Below are positions 1 to 8,764 of a DNA stretch of 64,000 nt, piece by piece; the first letter of the stretch is position 1, and each line of letters opens with the position of its first letter. The position numbers were made by a program, and so were the translations under genes. This DNA is from Bacteroidales bacterium (GTDB lineage Bacteria; Bacteroidota; Bacteroidia; Bacteroidales; JAQXIO01). Below the pieces are notes generated by a model that did no database searches, had not been told where the DNA came from, and was given only the letters and a program-made list of their open reading frames with translations. The stretch lies in NCBI GenBank assembly GCA_029007825.1, contig JAQXIO010000029.1, positions 144,481-208,480 of the forward strand, read 5' to 3'.

Positions 1-1243
1 TGGGACGTCCTTTAAGGCCTTCCACGAGATTTTCCTTCGCGATAAAGTTTTTTTCCTGCAGGCTTTTGGGCAGATCTTCCCGTTTGCAATTAAATCCGAA
101 TTCATAGTCCCACCCTTTGTCACAGATGTTCCGATAGATGAATACGTCTTTGAAGTTTTGCGAGAGTATGTCAATGCTTCCTACACCGCCGCTGAATACG
201 TTGGGTGATCCGCATTTATAGAACGTGTTGTTGTAGATATGGATGTCTTTGCGCAGACGGTTGCTACCCCACATACCGAAGAGTACGCCGGCTCCTTCCA
301 TGTTGTATATGAGATTGTGGTGGAAGCGGATGTTGCGGAGGTCGGAGTCTTTTCCTTCCACACTTACCGCAAATCCCCAGCAACAGTTATAGGCTGTATT
401 GTTGTACAGTTCGATGTCTTCGAGGAGTCCGAACCATGCATCAACGTAATAGGCCTGGCGGGGAATATCGTGCACGAGGTTGTTGTGTACGATTCCGTGG
501 CGGCTGACTTCTTTGCAGTCGATACCTTCTTTATGGCAGTCGTGCAGGTGATTGTGGCTGATTTCGAACCAGCGTGCACCGCACACGGATATGGCTTCGT
601 GCGGGGCTTCGCCGCGGCGTTCTACGCCTCTGACACGATAATCGAGGTCGTTCGCTCCGATAATTTCGCATCCGGTAACCAGAACGGAATCGGCATACCA
701 AACACCGACTCCGGAATTATGGCTGCGGTTGGATGTACAGTTTTCGAGTACGATTTTGTAGGTCGGACTTTTTTTGCCGGGATCGAAAGAGCGTGCATCG
801 CCACCCCGGAGAATGAAACCTCCTGCATAAGAGTTCCGTACATTTATATCCTGCATTTTTATATAACTGACGTTTTCTATCTGAACGATGCCTTCGGTAA
901 GGCGGGAAAAAGCAACGCTTTGTCCCTGGCGTTCAACGTTCTGTATCCGGCTTCCGTCGATAATCGCTTTTTCTCCCGGCATGGAACGGTAAACAATCCA
1001 GGCCCCGGGTTTTCCTGAATTAACAGGTCTTATTTGTTCGTCTACATTGTAGATTCCTCCGCGCAGTGTCACTGTGTCTCCCGCTTTTGCCAGCGCACAG
1101 GCTTTTTGAATGGAGGCGAAAGGTGCGTCGAATGTTCCCGGGTTGACGTCACTTCCGGACGTAGCTACGACCCATTCCCGGGCAGATAGCTGTAAGGAGG
1201 CAAGTAATGCCCCTGCTGCAATGCATAAATGTTTTAAGTTCAT
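1..1243 (-). CDS. Secreted right-handed parallel beta-helix (pectin-lyase-like/DUF1565-type) protein, 3' end runs off the window
   Basis: Not in the ORF track (no stop codon in window). My translation from ATG at 1243: MNLKHLCIAAGALLASLQLSA-REWVVATSGSDVNPGTFDAPFASIQKACALAKAGDTVTLRGGIY..., a signal peptide plus the typical 'GSD.N.GT...PF.SIQKA...GDTV.LRGG.Y' start and later PbH1-like repeats (HNHLHDCHKEGID, HNNLVHDIPRQ, YNNTAYNCCWG). Frame is open to base 2. Confidence 0.8.
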   Translation of the reverse strand, partial: MNLKHLCIAAGALLASLQLSAREWVVATSGSDVNPGTFDAPFASIQKACALAKAGDTVTLRGGIYNVDEQIRPVNSGKPGAWIVYRSMPGEKAIIDGSRIQNVERQGQSVAFSRLTEGIVQIENVSYIKMQDINVRNSYAGGFILRGGDARSFDPGKKSPTYKIVLENCTSNRSHNSGVGVWYADSVLVTGCEIIGANDLDYRVRGVERRGEAPHEAISVCGARWFEISHNHLHDCHKEGIDCKEVSRHGIVHNNLVHDIPRQAYYVDAWFGLLEDIELYNNTAYNCCWGFAVSVEGKDSDLRNIRFHHNLIYNMEGAGVLFGMWGSNRLRKDIHIYNNTFYKCGSPNVFSGGVGSIDILSQNFKDVFIYRNICDKGWDYEFGFNCKREDLPKSLQEKNFIAKENLVEGLKGRP

Positions 1244-1282
1244 GAGTAGATTGTGTATAGTTTGATTTAGTTTAGTTTTTCG

Positions 1283-3160
1283 TTATTTGTACAGGTAAGT
1301 AATCGCTCCGATCAGATGGTAGAAGGGTACGCCCCATGTTTCCTGTGTGCTCCATTCTATTGCGTTGGATGTTTCCAGATAGGGCGTATCGTCGAGATTG
1401 CCCAGAAATCCGTTGAGTGCTGCATCCGGTATGAGGTAGTTCATGTAAGAGGCGGGGACGGGGTGTCTGAACCCTACGCCGGTGAAGGTGCAGAGGGAAA
1501 CGGTGTTGTGCCCCATAGTCCATTGCAGCAGTTTTTCCGCATGGTCGGAGTAACGTTTTTCGTTCAACAATGCTCCGGCCATGGCCAGCACATAGGTGTG
1601 TTGCTGGATAACGGCATTGCCTCCGTGGGGCATTTGTTGCGAGTTGAACAATTGGATGAATGTACGTACGAATTTCCCCTGTCCTGCGTCGCGGTACGTT
1701 TCTATATCCGGTTCGAGAGGATTGGCAATAATACCCCAGGGGGTAACGCCGAAGGGGTTGCTTTCCGCATCTTTCAGAAGATAGTTATCGAAGAAATTGC
1801 GTACGGCTTGTTTTGCTTTTTCATTGGTTCCGGCGATTTCGGGTGCGTCAAGTTCGATCATGCGTAATAATGAGAGGACGGGTTCTGCCGACCATACTAC
1901 GCTGCGGTAACCGTCTCCGTCGGCTTCGACAAAATAGCCGGACAGTCCTTTTTCCAATTTGTTTCCTTTGTTTTGACGTTCCAGCAGCCGGAGTGCAATG
2001 TTTTCGATATCTTCAGGTGTGACGAGTTTACTTCCTGCACGGTAAAGTTCTACGGCTGCTGCCAGTTCGTGCGCCAAAAAGAGCGTCCGGTTGTCGTGCG
2101 GATGTTTTACACTGTATTTCCATGCTCTTTCGGCCAACAGGAAACATTTTATTCCGTCGACGGGCGGCAGGACTTTCGAGGCAATAGCCTGGTTACGGAC
2201 AAATTGCAGTTGGCATACGGGGTTGTAGTTCGTGCGGATTTCGCGTTCGTCGCCTGTGTCCGGGAGGTTGTCGGTAAATCCGGTTCCTTTGGCAACACAG
2301 CCGGCATGGTTTTCACACCACCAGGATTCGTCGTATTTCATTCCGGCACGCAACGGTCCGGCTCCTACATCTTCATATACCTGCCCTTCTTCGTTGATCA
2401 TGTTGTGGAAATATTTATTTCCGTATTCCATTTCGTCGATGGCTGCTTGTTTGAAGGCCGGATTTGCAAAACGTGCGATCTGCGCCAACGCTTCTTCATG
2501 GGTGAGCGTTTGGCTCATCCATTTGCGGGTGTCGCCTGCATCGAACCAACCTCCGCTGCAGGGGCGCGGGGTTCCGTCGGTATCCATTACCGCATCGTCG
2601 AGCGTTTCAACGGGACGAACGCCTGGTACTTCGCTGCCGGATCTTTGCGCCTGGTTGTATAACAGATAGCTGCGGAAGAGCCGTTCGTATATTTTTTCGT
2701 CAATGGCAAAAGGGGTGGAGAAGCCGGCCAATTCGGTTTCTATCTGATAGACTCCCGGAGTGGTGAAATCTGAAAATTCTCCCTGCCAGAAGGTACCCCA
2801 CCGTGTTTCTATTTTGTGAAGGGTTCCTTTATAAAGGCCTTCGGTGGTGTCTTTCGGGTCGTATTTTCCCTTGCTGATTTCGTACGGCCAGTTATAGACG
2901 GAATTATAGGCTGCCGGAATGTCTTTTATCCGTTTTTTTCTGCTGCCGATGCTCTGAATGTAAAAAGTTATTTTATCCGGTAGCTTTTTAACGTCTGCTT
3001 TTGAGGGAAGCAGGGTTATCAGCTTTGTGCCTTGCGGGCGGAAACCCAGTTGTGATACTGCCAGCTGCGATTCACTGACGTATGTCTTTTGTTTTTGTGC
3101 TATGAGATTCATATTCATGCAGATACTTAGCAATAAAAAAAGGGTTTTGATGTTTTTCAT
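1283..3160 (-). CDS. Glycoside hydrolase family 9 protein with N-terminal Ig-like region
   Basis: Signal peptide; 'SQLGFRP' Ig-like start; 'GGWFDAGD' GH9 catalytic-base motif; C-terminal 'WTMGHN...TGVG' and candidate catalytic Glu in 'STQET'. Confidence 0.75.
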   Translation of the reverse strand: MKNIKTLFLLLSICMNMNLIAQKQKTYVSESQLAVSQLGFRPQGTKLITLLPSKADVKKLPDKITFYIQSIGSRKKRIKDIPAAYNSVYNWPYEISKGKYDPKDTTEGLYKGTLHKIETRWGTFWQGEFSDFTTPGVYQIETELAGFSTPFAIDEKIYERLFRSYLLYNQAQRSGSEVPGVRPVETLDDAVMDTDGTPRPCSGGWFDAGDTRKWMSQTLTHEEALAQIARFANPAFKQAAIDEMEYGNKYFHNMINEEGQVYEDVGAGPLRAGMKYDESWWCENHAGCVAKGTGFTDNLPDTGDEREIRTNYNPVCQLQFVRNQAIASKVLPPVDGIKCFLLAERAWKYSVKHPHDNRTLFLAHELAAAVELYRAGSKLVTPEDIENIALRLLERQNKGNKLEKGLSGYFVEADGDGYRSVVWSAEPVLSLLRMIELDAPEIAGTNEKAKQAVRNFFDNYLLKDAESNPFGVTPWGIIANPLEPDIETYRDAGQGKFVRTFIQLFNSQQMPHGGNAVIQQHTYVLAMAGALLNEKRYSDHAEKLLQWTMGHNTVSLCTFTGVGFRHPVPASYMNYLIPDAALNGFLGNLDDTPYLETSNAIEWSTQETWGVPFYHLIGAITYLYK

Positions 3161-3183
3161 GATTTACCGAATACTAATAATTG

Positions 3184-3191
3184 CAAAGTTA
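3184..3191 (-). promoter_or_regulatory. Bacteroidetes -7 promoter element (TAACTTTG) for the GH9/beta-helix genes
   Basis: caaagtta on + strand, 24-31 nt upstream of the GH9 start; matches TAnnTTTG. Confidence 0.55.
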
Positions 3192-3276
3192 ATGAAATAT
3201 GTGGTATGTTGTAATTATGTGTTGTATAACATGTTCCCATAAAAATATATATTCATTAATCATATTTAAAATTTAG

Positions 3277-3284
3277 TATATTTG
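3277..3284 (+). promoter_or_regulatory. Bacteroidetes -7 promoter element (TATATTTG) for the first T9SS protein
   Basis: Exact TAnnTTTG match about 130 nt upstream of ATG 3416. Confidence 0.55.
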
Positions 3285-3415
3285 CCGGCACAAACAAATA
3301 AAAGCTAATCATTTAATCCATAATTAATACTGCTTTCCGAGTTATGCTAGATTCGGGGCCGGAGCGGTTAAAATGTATATAATTTCTATTGAATAATACC
3401 ATTAATTTATTATCT

Positions 3416-6400
3416 ATGAAACATTTACTTAAAATGCGTGTAGCATTTTTGCTATGCCTGTTTGTCTCTTTGCCTATTGCGGCAGAGACATTTACCTCTG
3501 TTCAGGAGGGAGAGTTTAATGACGCGGCGACGTGGGGAGGATCGGGAGTTCCTACTCAGAACGACGACGTAATTGTAAATCATGTTCTTGCGTTAACGCA
3601 GGAGGATGCGGCTGTCAATGTGCATAATCTGACGATTTCGCAGGGTGCATCGTTGATTTATACCGATAAAAGTGTCCATATATATGGCGATTTGACGGTA
3701 CAGGGCAGTTTGATTTCTACAAAACAACAGAATACTAACTGGGACAAATCAAAATTCCAGGTTGACGGAGCAACGACGGTTGCAGCGGGAGCCGAGTTAT
3801 CGTTTGTAAGTCCGGGTAATCCCTGGATGGATGAGTGCTTTATGTTTAACGGAAATGTAGAAAACGGGGGAGTCATGTCTGCCGACAGAATCCGTGTTAA
3901 AGGAGATTTTAATAACCTGGCGGGGGCAACATTCATGACGGGTGCGCATGACGCTACCATTGACGGAGCTTTTGTAAATGCTGGAAGCTGTACTGTAAAC
4001 AATATTGTTACGGTGTTCGGCGATGTTACCAATTCAGGAACTTTGGCAGTGAAAAAAGTTAATTTCAAACAGAAATTTACGAATGCTGAAGGTGGCGATG
4101 TTACAACGACCGAAGGCTGGGACGGAAGAACATTCAACGGTGATATTCTGAATAACGGCCGTATGTATATGTATGGGGATGTTCATATTTATGCAAATGT
4201 TGAAAATAACGGTTTATTCCATCAGTATGGAGGCGGTTGGCGAGGAGTTTATTTTTATAACGACTGTACCGTAACCGGATCGGATACTCTCCGGGTTTCA
4301 AAGTTAAATATTTATCAGGAGAAGACGTTGATAAACCGGATTGCAGGAGAAAAAGGTATGATCTTTGCTGATGAAATCAATTCTTTTTATTTGGATAATG
4401 GCAGTATGATAGATAACGACCAGGCCGGAGAGGCTACGTTCGAGAATGAGGGTACTCTGGCGGTGAGGTCAAGTGCAATGAGCCAACGGGTTCAGGTGAA
4501 TATCCCGACTAATAAACCGAATACGTTGATTTATCTGGATGAGAATCTTAATATACCTGTAACTCACAGGGGGCAGGTATATGATACATTCTATAATTTG
4601 GTGTTGTTCAGAAATCAGAATAACGGAAACTGCCGATCACATAATATTACGGCTCCGGTAACGACAATTGGTGACTTAAGATTTGATATGCTTATACCTG
4701 CCAATGCATGCCAGACGTTTGAAATCAATGCCGATTTAACGATTGGCGGCGATCTGATTATTGCAAAGAACGCAGCAAACGTCAGGACGGCCACTGAGGG
4801 TGTGACGATCAATATCGGCGGAAAGTTGATAAACGAATACGAAGGTGATAATTATCCGAATTTTGCTCATGCGGGAACTTCGACTGTGAACTTTTTATCG
4901 GATGAAGAGGAGGTTTTTTTATCCAGTAACAATATGCGTTTCAGCAAGATTACATTCGAAGGTGCCGGAAATAAGTCTTTTGCCGTAGCAGAAGGTAAGA
5001 CTGTAACTGTAAACTATCCGGAAGATAATGTGCCGGCGATCAATATGGGGGAAAATACCCTTACGGTTACTGGTGGTACCTTGCGTTTGGAAAAGGCTAA
5101 TTCGGGGTTAAAGGGTAATTTTGTTGTAGATAATATTTATGTAAGCCAGGGAAAATTAGAAGGATCTCTCGTTGTAAATAAAGAGATGAGCATCGGTTCT
5201 AACTGGAATGCCGGCTTCGATATAAAGGGCGCTTCGTTAACAGTAGCCGGAAATTTTGTTGCTCCGAATACCAATAAGTGGGATCAGATTATAGTAGACA
5301 GAAATACGACGCTTACTATAACTGGTGAAGGTACATTTAACGAAGGTCGTTTGAGATTGGTCAGCGAAGGAAATAACGACGGGAATGTTGAGCTTAAGAA
5401 ATTCATTGTTGACCGGGATAATGTTTCGTTGCAGAATACTATGACTGTTATCGAAGAGTTGTGTATGAAGAGCGGTTCCGTATCGTTCACGTCGGAGAGC
5501 GGTTCGCTTAAATACGATCCGGCAGCGGTTCTTTGTTATGAGGGTACAGCCGAACAAACGACAGGAGCCGAATGGAGTGCGGCCGTTGCTAATGTGAAGA
5601 TTAATAATGCGGCAGGTGTTTTATTAAATGAATCTAAGACGATTTCCGGCGTATTGACGCTTCAGGATGGTGCTTTGAAACAGAATGGAAACGATCTGAA
5701 AGTTGCATCTGTTGCCGGTGAGGGCTTCGGTGCTGCCAAGATGGTCGATCTCGGTGGTAACAACTTTACCACGCCTGCGGGAAATAAGCTGATGCCTATC
5801 GGCAGTGAAGGGAAATATGCACCTGTTACGCTTAGCAATACGGCAGTGGAGACAGAAGGGGATATAACTTTATCGGTAAGTAATGAGGCTTATACCGATT
5901 TTGCATCCGAGAATGTCCGTCTTAACAAGCAATGGAATGTTTCCGGTACTGCAGCATTTACGGGGGATATGGTTTTCCAATACGATGCAGCCGATGTAAC
6001 CGGTGATATTTCGACCGGTAAGTTAGAGGCTTTTTATATTAGCGGCGATAATAAGACAAGTATCGGTCAGAGTACGGAAAATAAAATAACAACTCTGTAT
6101 AAGGGAGCCGGTATTTATACGGCACGTTTTATGGAGAATTATACGATATCCGTAAGTCATGGCCAGGCAGACAAGCAAAATGCTTATGAGGGGGAGACGA
6201 TTACTCTCACTCCGGAGCAACGTAATTATGAAGAACTCGACAAATGGGAGAGCGATGATGTTACAGTAGAGAATAACTCGTTTGTAATGCCGGCTAAGAA
6301 TGTTACGATTACGGGTATCTACAAATCATTTACTCCTGTCGATACAAAAGGATGGTTTGCCGATTTCGATACGCAGATGCCTGATAATTTTGCATCGGGT

Positions 6401-7810
6401 AAAGAGATTATCGATAATCCTGCTGCGGATGATGTTTTAGGTGCAGCTAAAGTTTACAAGATGAACAAGGGAGAAGGCAAATGGAAGAATTTCGTGATGG
6501 AATACCAGAAAACTGCTCCTGTTTCTATCGACGGGTACGATATACTGGAATTTTATGTGAAAGGAGAAGGTATTGATATGGACCGTTTATATGTTCAATA
6601 TACGGACGATCAAAATGTACAGAAAGAAATTAATTTCTTTGCTTCCGATTTTAAAAATCCGAGCGGTTGGAATAAAATCCAAATTCCGATGGACGGTACA
6701 TTAAAGAGTATTCGTGTCTTTTCTATTTTCCCGCAACCCGAGACAGAAGGGGCTGGAATTTATTACCTGGCAAATATCCGGGCTAAATACAGTATTTCTG
6801 CAACAGATTGCACAGCTTCCGTAACTGCCGCAAATGAAGGCGACGAAGTCGTTCTTACAGCCGGAGAGGCTCCCGAGGGCAAAGAGTTCGACAAATGGGA
6901 GATCACTGAGGGTGTAACAATAACGGATAACAAATTTGTTATGCCTGCTAAAAAAGTTTCTGTAAGCGCATTGTTTAAGAATGTCAATTATACGGTAGCC
7001 GTAACAGGCGGAACTGCCGATAAGGAGACCGCCACGATGGGTGAAACGGTGACGCTTACAGCCGGAGAGGCACCTGAAGGCGAAGAGTTCGATAAGTGGA
7101 CCAGCGAAGATGTTACGATTACGGATAACACCTTTACGATGCCAGCCAAGAACGTAACGGTTACAGCTACCTATAAGAAAATCAATTATACGGTTACGGT
7201 AACAGGCGGAACCGCCGATAAGGAGACCGCCACGATGGGTGAAACTGTAACGCTTACAGCGGGAGAGGCACCTGAAGGCGAAGAGTTCGATAAGTGGACC
7301 AGTGAAGATGTTACGATTACGGATAACACCTTTACGATGCCAGCCAAGAACGTGACGGTTACAGCTACCTATAAGAAAATCAATTATACCGTAACGGTAA
7401 CAGGTGGAACAGCGGATAAGGAAACTGCTACAATGGGAGAAACCGTAACGTTGACTCCTGATGTTCCCGAAGGATTGAAACTGATCGAATGGATTGTAAC
7501 AGAAGGGGATATTACGATTGAAAATAATACGTTCGTAATGCCGGCTTCCAATGTGGCTATCGAAGCCCGTTATAACGTAGGCGTTGACGGATCGGAAATC
7601 GAAACATTAACGATTTATCCTAACCCGGCAAGCGACTATATAAGGGTAACAGGTATCGAAAATGCAGAATACCGCGTTATCAGCCAGAACGGAGCTGTCG
7701 TGTTGAGTGGTGCCGATTATAACGGCGAACCGATCGACGTGTCTTCTCTTGCATCCGGAAATTATATCTTCCAGTCTGGAGAGATGACAAAAGTCTTTAT
7801 TAAGAAGTAA
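3416..7810 (+). CDS. Large T9SS type A-sorted surface protein: G8-like/beta-helical N-terminus, jelly-roll CBM-like module, six InlB B-repeat-like stalk domains, CTD
   Basis: ATG 3416 preferred to TTG 3389 (gives MKHLLKMRVAFLLCLFVSLPIAA signal peptide); 'FTSVQEGEFNDAATWGG..VPT.NDDV.VNH' start; repeats 'YTV.VTGG...GETVTLT....EF.KW...F.MPAKNVTV.A.Y'; CTD 'IYPNPASDYI...IDVSSLASGNYI...VFIKK'. Confidence 0.85.
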   Translation: MKHLLKMRVAFLLCLFVSLPIAAETFTSVQEGEFNDAATWGGSGVPTQNDDVIVNHVLALTQEDAAVNVHNLTISQGASLIYTDKSVHIYGDLTVQGSLISTKQQNTNWDKSKFQVDGATTVAAGAELSFVSPGNPWMDECFMFNGNVENGGVMSADRIRVKGDFNNLAGATFMTGAHDATIDGAFVNAGSCTVNNIVTVFGDVTNSGTLAVKKVNFKQKFTNAEGGDVTTTEGWDGRTFNGDILNNGRMYMYGDVHIYANVENNGLFHQYGGGWRGVYFYNDCTVTGSDTLRVSKLNIYQEKTLINRIAGEKGMIFADEINSFYLDNGSMIDNDQAGEATFENEGTLAVRSSAMSQRVQVNIPTNKPNTLIYLDENLNIPVTHRGQVYDTFYNLVLFRNQNNGNCRSHNITAPVTTIGDLRFDMLIPANACQTFEINADLTIGGDLIIAKNAANVRTATEGVTINIGGKLINEYEGDNYPNFAHAGTSTVNFLSDEEEVFLSSNNMRFSKITFEGAGNKSFAVAEGKTVTVNYPEDNVPAINMGENTLTVTGGTLRLEKANSGLKGNFVVDNIYVSQGKLEGSLVVNKEMSIGSNWNAGFDIKGASLTVAGNFVAPNTNKWDQIIVDRNTTLTITGEGTFNEGRLRLVSEGNNDGNVELKKFIVDRDNVSLQNTMTVIEELCMKSGSVSFTSESGSLKYDPAAVLCYEGTAEQTTGAEWSAAVANVKINNAAGVLLNESKTISGVLTLQDGALKQNGNDLKVASVAGEGFGAAKMVDLGGNNFTTPAGNKLMPIGSEGKYAPVTLSNTAVETEGDITLSVSNEAYTDFASENVRLNKQWNVSGTAAFTGDMVFQYDAADVTGDISTGKLEAFYISGDNKTSIGQSTENKITTLYKGAGIYTARFMENYTISVSHGQADKQNAYEGETITLTPEQRNYEELDKWESDDVTVENNSFVMPAKNVTITGIYKSFTPVDTKGWFADFDTQMPDNFASGKEIIDNPAADDVLGAAKVYKMNKGEGKWKNFVMEYQKTAPVSIDGYDILEFYVKGEGIDMDRLYVQYTDDQNVQKEINFFASDFKNPSGWNKIQIPMDGTLKSIRVFSIFPQPETEGAGIYYLANIRAKYSISATDCTASVTAANEGDEVVLTAGEAPEGKEFDKWEITEGVTITDNKFVMPAKKVSVSALFKNVNYTVAVTGGTADKETATMGETVTLTAGEAPEGEEFDKWTSEDVTITDNTFTMPAKNVTVTATYKKINYTVTVTGGTADKETATMGETVTLTAGEAPEGEEFDKWTSEDVTITDNTFTMPAKNVTVTATYKKINYTVTVTGGTADKETATMGETVTLTPDVPEGLKLIEWIVTEGDITIENNTFVMPASNVAIEARYNVGVDGSEIETLTIYPNPASDYIRVTGIENAEYRVISQNGAVVLSGADYNGEPIDVSSLASGNYIFQSGEMTKVFIKK
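6986..7452 (+). repeat. Intragenic tandem repeat, 198-bp (66-aa) unit, two full copies plus a conserved partial third
   Basis: Units start at 6986, 7184 and 7382 (198-bp period); copies 1 and 2 differ at 9 of 198 nt by manual alignment. Confidence 0.95.
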
Positions 7811-7840
7811 GGCTTAATATTTAATAAAGAATAATTAAAA

Positions 7841-7884
7841 ACCGCTTGTCCGGATAACTTTCCGGGCAGGCGGTTTGTTTTTTT
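7841..7884 (+). terminator. Rho-independent terminator
   Basis: accgcttgtccgga-taactt-tccgggcaggcggt hairpin (two G-U pairs) followed by a T-rich tract, just after the stop at 7810. Confidence 0.8.
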
Positions 7885-7980
7885 AAGTATAATATCATGA
7901 TTTTCTATACCTTAGAACCGATTGAAATATCTTAATGAATATCTTTGCGATAGAGGATTTTACCAATAAGAGAATATTTT

Positions 7981-8628
7981 ATGCAAAAAAAGGATGCCCG
8001 GCAGGAGGAGTTTGCTAATGCTGTTACGCACGGAGCCGGTATACTGGCGGGGGTGGTATCGTTGGTGGTATTGTGCGTAGCTGCATTTTATGCAGGAAAT
8101 GCATGGTACACGTTCAGTGTCGTAGTTTTCGGGTTTAGTTTGATTTTGCTGTACGGTTGCTCCTGTTGTTATCATGCCTGCCGTGATGAAAAGATGAAAC
8201 GTTTTTTACGCAAGCTGGATCATAGTGCAATCTTTATCCTGATTGCCGGAACCTATACGCCTTTTACTTTGGTTACACTCAGGCAATCGGGCAACTGGGG
8301 CTGGCCTCTTTTTATCCTGATCTGGAGCGCTGCAATTTTTGGTATTATACTTAGTTTCAGCGTAATGAAAAAATCCAGTAACCTGAAAACGATCTGTTAC
8401 CTTGTGATGGGGTGGAGCGTGTTACTCGTAGTACATCCGCTTATAGAGGCGCTTTCGGCTGCAGGACATATGGATGCTTTTTACTGGTTGCTTGCGGGGG
8501 GGGCTTTTTATACATTCGGGACAGTTTTCTTCTTTCTCGATTCTTACCGCTATATGCATCCTTTGTGGCATCTTTTTGTCTTAGGCGGAAGTTTATGCCA
8601 TGTTGTTTCTGTTTATGAATTGGTATGA
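7981..8628 (+). CDS. Hemolysin III / PAQR family membrane protein
   Basis: 'EEFANAVTHG', 'LYGCSCCYH', 'LDHSAIFILIAGTYTP', 'HPLWHLFVL' motifs; about 7 hydrophobic helices. Confidence 0.92.
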   Translation: MQKKDARQEEFANAVTHGAGILAGVVSLVVLCVAAFYAGNAWYTFSVVVFGFSLILLYGCSCCYHACRDEKMKRFLRKLDHSAIFILIAGTYTPFTLVTLRQSGNWGWPLFILIWSAAIFGIILSFSVMKKSSNLKTICYLVMGWSVLLVVHPLIEALSAAGHMDAFYWLLAGGAFYTFGTVFFFLDSYRYMHPLWHLFVLGGSLCHVVSVYELV

Positions 8629-8708
8629 TTTTTTGGATAAAGAAGCACCAAAGCTAAAAAACTTAGCAAAAACGTTACGAATTGTTTTGTTTAAAAAAAG
8701 ATATATAA

Positions 8709-8716
8709 TACATTTG
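8709..8716 (+). promoter_or_regulatory. Bacteroidetes promoter (-7 TACATTTG, -33 TTTG at 8686-8689)
   Basis: Both elements present with a 19-nt spacer, 49 nt upstream of ATG 8765. Confidence 0.6.
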
Positions 8717-8764
8717 CTTATCACATTAACCAGCTCACTTTTATTTATTCTAAATACATACACC

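Noticed and set aside
239-1018. 259-aa + strand ORF in the track
   Set aside because: Antisense shadow of the real minus-strand beta-helix gene (1-1243), which the track missed because its stop lies outside the window.
6986-7452. Tandem repeats considered as a CRISPR array
   Set aside because: In-frame 198-bp coding repeats with no unique spacers; no cas genes.
8676-8683. placeholder-free note: aaacgttacg near the PA14 gene promoter (about 8671-8680) resembling an invertible-promoter repeat
   Set aside because: Imperfect match to ARACGTWCGT, no partner inverted repeat found, no recombinase in the window.
8600-8764. 55-aa N-terminal extension of the PA14 protein
   Set aside because: Overlaps the hemolysin-III stop and contains the promoter; the signal peptide begins at ATG 8765.
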